Below are positions 16,936-20,000 of a stretch of DNA of 20,000 bases, piece by piece. Source of the stretch: an uncultured virus (IMG/VR IMGVR_UViG_3300021599_002397) (Duplodnaviria; Heunggongvirae; Uroviricota; Caudoviricetes); IMG/VR virus record IMGVR_UViG_3300021599_002397; one strand, 5' to 3'. Every line of letters starts with the position of its first letter. Positions within the stretch are counted from its first letter, which is position 1. The notes under the pieces are model-generated. The model was not told the DNA's origin. It saw nothing but the letters and a program-made list of their open reading frames with translations, and ran no database searches. Made by a program: the position numbers and the translations under genes.

Positions 16936-18348
16936 TTATTTTTTAAATCTTTTGTCTAACTCTGCTGCGATATTCTGCATGTAAGAATTACTTACTCCCG
17001 AATTAGCAGGTTTGTTAGTGTTTAGAGATTCGCTTAGGAATTCAGTAGATTCCGGTTTTACAGAAACTAATCCTCTAGTTCTCCAGAAGTGATTGATCTG
17101 ATAAGGAGTATCTAATTTGTAGAATTTACTTTGAGCTACAATTGCACCTCTTTGAGATTCATTTAGACCTTCCCATGTAGGAACTAAATCACCAGGGATC
17201 ATGTCAAGGAATTTTTCTCCGGAATTAGCTTGTTCAGCTAAAGCGGACCCCATAATTTGAACTACATCCGTACCCGAATTATAGTTCTGCTCGTTAAGAG
17301 CTTTAGCGACCTTTTGTTTTTCGGCCTCGTTCAAGGATAAAAATCCTTTCTTCGTTCTGTCATCGACAAGCTTTAAGAAAGAATATTTATTTTCGTTTAT
17401 GATTTCGTCAGTTTTTACGTTACTAACTGATTCAATTAATTTATCAACTTTTGAAGAAAGATTTGTATAATCTCCAGAGAATCCTGAAGTTCTTCTACCT
17501 TCATTAATAGACTCGTTTACGTTCTTTGCAAGATTTGTTCTTGTGTTCCCTCCTCTATTAATAGACTCTGCTAAATATTCAGTATAATCGATACCAGATT
17601 TAACTTTTTCAGCGATATAATCTGAATAATTAATATTGCCATTTACCTTCTCTCCTAAGTAGTCAGAATAAGTAATATTTTGATCTAATTTCTCTCCTAA
17701 ATAATCAGAGTAAGTAATGTTCTTGTCTAAGTTCTCAGCAAGATAATCAGAGTAAGAAATATTCTTGTCTAAGTTCTCAGCTAAATATTCAGAATAAGTA
17801 ATATTCTTGTCTAAGTTCTCAGCTAAATATTCAGAATAAGTAATATTATTATCTAAGTTTTCTCCAAGATACTCAGAGTAAGAAATATTCTTGTCTAAGT
17901 TCTCAGCTAAGTATTCAGAATAAGTGATATTTCTATCTAAGTTTTCAGCTAAATATTTACTGTAAGCTATATTGTTATCTAGATTCTCTGCAATATATTC
18001 GGAGTAAGAAATATTTCCATCAACATGCTCAGCAAGATATTTAGCATAAGAAATAGACTTGTCTAAATTTTCTGCTAAGTATTTGTTATAAGAAATAGAT
18101 CCTTCTAAATTTTCAGCTAAATAATCTCCATATTTAATAGCTGTTTCTAAATTTTCAGCTAGATACTCAGAATATTTTTCTAATCTTTGGATTCTTTCTT
18201 CTAAACCAGAATCTGAAAAATCTGATGTTGATCTAGTAGAAGGTCCTTTAGAAACAGATCTAAGTTCATTTTTTAATGAATCCATTTCCTTTTTAAGGAT
18301 TAATGAATATTCGTTTAGCTCTTCTGCAGTGACAAAGTTATTGTCCAT
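16936..18348 (-). CDS. Prohead core scaffold protein (gp22-like position and function)
   Basis: Lies between the prohead protease and the capsid gene. Acidic coiled-coil with many [LI]-x-E sites (LAE, INE, LNE, LSE). Confidence 0.8.
   Translation of the reverse strand: MDNNFVTAEELNEYSLILKKEMDSLKNELRSVSKGPSTRSTSDFSDSGLEERIQRLEKYSEYLAENLETAIKYGDYLAENLEGSISYNKYLAENLDKSISYAKYLAEHVDGNISYSEYIAENLDNNIAYSKYLAENLDRNITYSEYLAENLDKNISYSEYLGENLDNNITYSEYLAENLDKNITYSEYLAENLDKNISYSDYLAENLDKNITYSDYLGEKLDQNITYSDYLGEKVNGNINYSDYIAEKVKSGIDYTEYLAESINRGGNTRTNLAKNVNESINEGRRTSGFSGDYTNLSSKVDKLIESVSNVKTDEIINENKYSFLKLVDDRTKKGFLSLNEAEKQKVAKALNEQNYNSGTDVVQIMGSALAEQANSGEKFLDMIPGDLVPTWEGLNESQRGAIVAQSKFYKLDTPYQINHFWRTRGLVSVKPESTEFLSESLNTNKPANSGVSNSYMQNIAAELDKRFKK
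17566..18174 (-). repeat. 15 x 42-bp coding tandem repeat (YSEYLAENLDKNI[ST])
   Basis: 14-aa period counted from residue 59 to 261 of the scaffold ORF. Variation is mostly at synonymous positions. Confidence 0.92.
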
Positions 18349-18404
18349 GTTTCTTGAATTATTTATGTTTTCTTTTAAAAGCCTAGAGATTTTCTCCGTA
18401 TCTT

Positions 18405-18875
18405 TTATTCTATATCAGCAACTAGATCATATGTAAAAATTTTCTTAATTTCTACTTTTTTATTCTCTTTAACGTTACCTGCTGCTCTAGAAGAGATAGA
18501 AATAGGAATACCTGCATCAATTAAATTTTTAGCTATTTTACCAGCAGGGGTATCTAAAAGTTTTACTTTTATTTTTACGTTTCTATTAGATTTATCGTAT
18601 GAAAGATCCGTAATAACGTGTGATATATTTTTAAGAGAAACGTCGAACTCCTTAGGGTGATCTAATTCACCAACTAATCTATTCTGATCAATTTTCTTTC
18701 TAAGATAATCCAAATGAGGCAAGTATTCGTTTTCCTCATAAATTCTGTGGTTAGAGTTTTCAACTCCAAAAACAGCAGCAATACCTTCAAGAAAATATTC
18801 TCCTCCTTGCTTTTTAGTGCTAAGGTTATGAGAAGATTTCTCTAATATCAGTACGTAATCTAGGTTATTTTCCAT
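18405..18875 (-). CDS. gp21: Prohead core protease, T4 gp21-like, apparently truncated
   Basis: LEGI....N.N.RIY, GELDHP (catalytic His), ISH.I, LLDTPAGKI, ISSRAAG (catalytic Ser) and TYDLVAD, then an abrupt stop. Confidence 0.9.
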   Translation of the reverse strand: MENNLDYVLILEKSSHNLSTKKQGGEYFLEGIAAVFGVENSNHRIYEENEYLPHLDYLRKKIDQNRLVGELDHPKEFDVSLKNISHVITDLSYDKSNRNVKIKVKLLDTPAGKIAKNLIDAGIPISISSRAAGNVKENKKVEIKKIFTYDLVADIE

Positions 18876-18886
18876 TTTTCTTTTTT

Positions 18887-18894
18887 TATATATC
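18887..18894 (-). promoter_or_regulatory. GATATATA element upstream of the protease-scaffold-capsid operon
   Basis: 11 nt upstream of ATG 18875. Its position before head genes supports a late-promoter role. Confidence 0.7.
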
Positions 18895-18897
18895 TAA

Positions 18898-20000
18898 TTA
18901 TGCTTCAGATTCTTCTTCTCCTTCAGCTTTAGCTCCCGGAGCTGCTGCTACAACTGCATCAGTGATTTCTTCCATAGATTCGGATAATTTTTCTAAATCA
19001 TCTTCAGTTATGTATTTAAGATTTTCTGACAGCTTAGGTTCGTTAGAATTTAATTTTCCTACTGCTGCAACACAAGCGTCTTTAGCGTTTTCAAACTCTA
19101 TTGGTGTTCCATTGATAGGATTTCTAGTTTTAAATGATTTAGGGAACGAAGGAATAGTGTCCATATCAGTAACCATATCTTTAAAGAATCCTCCAGCTCC
19201 ACCAGAAGTGATAGAAGCTATATCACCTTCTAAGCTTCCGCCCCCGAATGATGAATATTGTCTTTTAACTAAACTCCATACTGAAACTGCTTTACCGTCT
19301 CCTGTATCAGTAAATGTACCTCTACAAAGAATAAGAGTAGAGTATATTGCTAATAAGTCTTGCGAAGATACAGTACCACCTAAGCTGTTGTATAGACCTC
19401 TAGCCATTGCTCTAACTGCAATTTCTTCTATAAATCCATTAAATACTAATACTCCGACAGTTTTTCTATCGCTTCCTGCCCATTTTGCTATAGTGGTTCC
19501 TCCGATTATTCCACCTCCCCATAAAATAGTAGCCCCTGCTGCTGCGCTAAGTCCTCCAGCTGCTGTGGTACCTAAAGTAGCTGCAGTACCTATACCGCTA
19601 GCTACTCCTGCTGCTGTTACTGCTCCCGGAGCTGCTATTGCTAATCCTACTCCCCAAGTAGCAACACCAACTCCTATAATAATACCAGCAACTAATGCTC
19701 CTTTAGCTACATCGCCAAACCATTCTCCCCAGCTTTCGTCATATAATACTGCATATGTTCCATCGTCTACTGGTTTTAAACCTTTCCATTTCATTTCTTC
19801 TCCAGTTGCGCCAGTTTCTCCAGTTGTACCAGTTTCTCCAGTTGCACCACCAGTAGCACCAACGCAATCAAGAACTTTTCCTTGCTCTAGAGATTTCTTA
19901 ACGCAATTATCAACGATTTTTTTCTTTCCTATATTAGGATCTGGAACTACTGCCTTAGCTCCAGGAGTTTCTTCAGATTTACCTCTTAATCTATCAAATA
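18898..20000 (-). CDS. Hypothetical virion-associated protein with a Gly/Ala-rich hydrophobic region, start lies beyond the window
   Basis: Frame stays open upstream of 19794 to the edge (FDRLRGKSEE...DCVGATGGATGETGTTGETGATGEEMKWK). Contains a roughly 70-aa uncharged glycine-zipper-like stretch. Confidence 0.8.
   Translation of the reverse strand, partial: FDRLRGKSEETPGAKAVVPDPNIGKKKIVDNCVKKSLEQGKVLDCVGATGGATGETGTTGETGATGEEMKWKGLKPVDDGTYAVLYDESWGEWFGDVAKGALVAGIIIGVGVATWGVGLAIAAPGAVTAAGVASGIGTAATLGTTAAGGLSAAAGATILWGGGIIGGTTIAKWAGSDRKTVGVLVFNGFIEEIAVRAMARGLYNSLGGTVSSQDLLAIYSTLILCRGTFTDTGDGKAVSVWSLVKRQYSSFGGGSLEGDIASITSGGAGGFFKDMVTDMDTIPSFPKSFKTRNPINGTPIEFENAKDACVAAVGKLNSNEPKLSENLKYITEDDLEKLSESMEEITDAVVAAAPGAKAEGEEESEA

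Noticed and set aside
17566..18174. CRISPR-like periodic repeat
   Set aside because: The 42-bp units are contiguous, have no unique spacers, stay in frame and vary at synonymous sites. The same applies to 6196-6797.

Overview
AT-rich segment of a large T4-related (jumbo/huge) phage genome, read in the standard genetic code. The right end holds the head-assembly module: a gp21-type prohead protease, a scaffold with 15 x 14-aa repeats, a gp23-type major capsid protein spanning an N-gap, and a C(UUCG)G terminator. The left end holds a translationally coupled five-gene glycosyltransferase cluster: one GT10 fucosyltransferase-like gene missing from the ORF track, plus four DxD proteins. The middle has about ten hypothetical genes, a poly-Asp/Glu protein, a RimK ATP-grasp ligase fused to a RimB-like retropepsin, and a convergent AsnB plus dNMP-kinase-like pair. 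Main observations: (1) many hypothetical proteins share an I-x-x-F/Y-x-x-F..E motif resembling the T4 capsid-targeting sequence, suggesting a large set of head-packaged, protease-processed cargo. (2) The polyacidic protein carries this motif at both ends and sits next to the polyglutamate writer/eraser fusion. (3) Two candidate promoter classes, GATATATA and GAAA-N19-TAWAAT, split the genes by function. (4) The protease/scaffold junction and the capsid gene show probable deletions or assembly errors. All family calls come from motif recognition by eye, not database searches.
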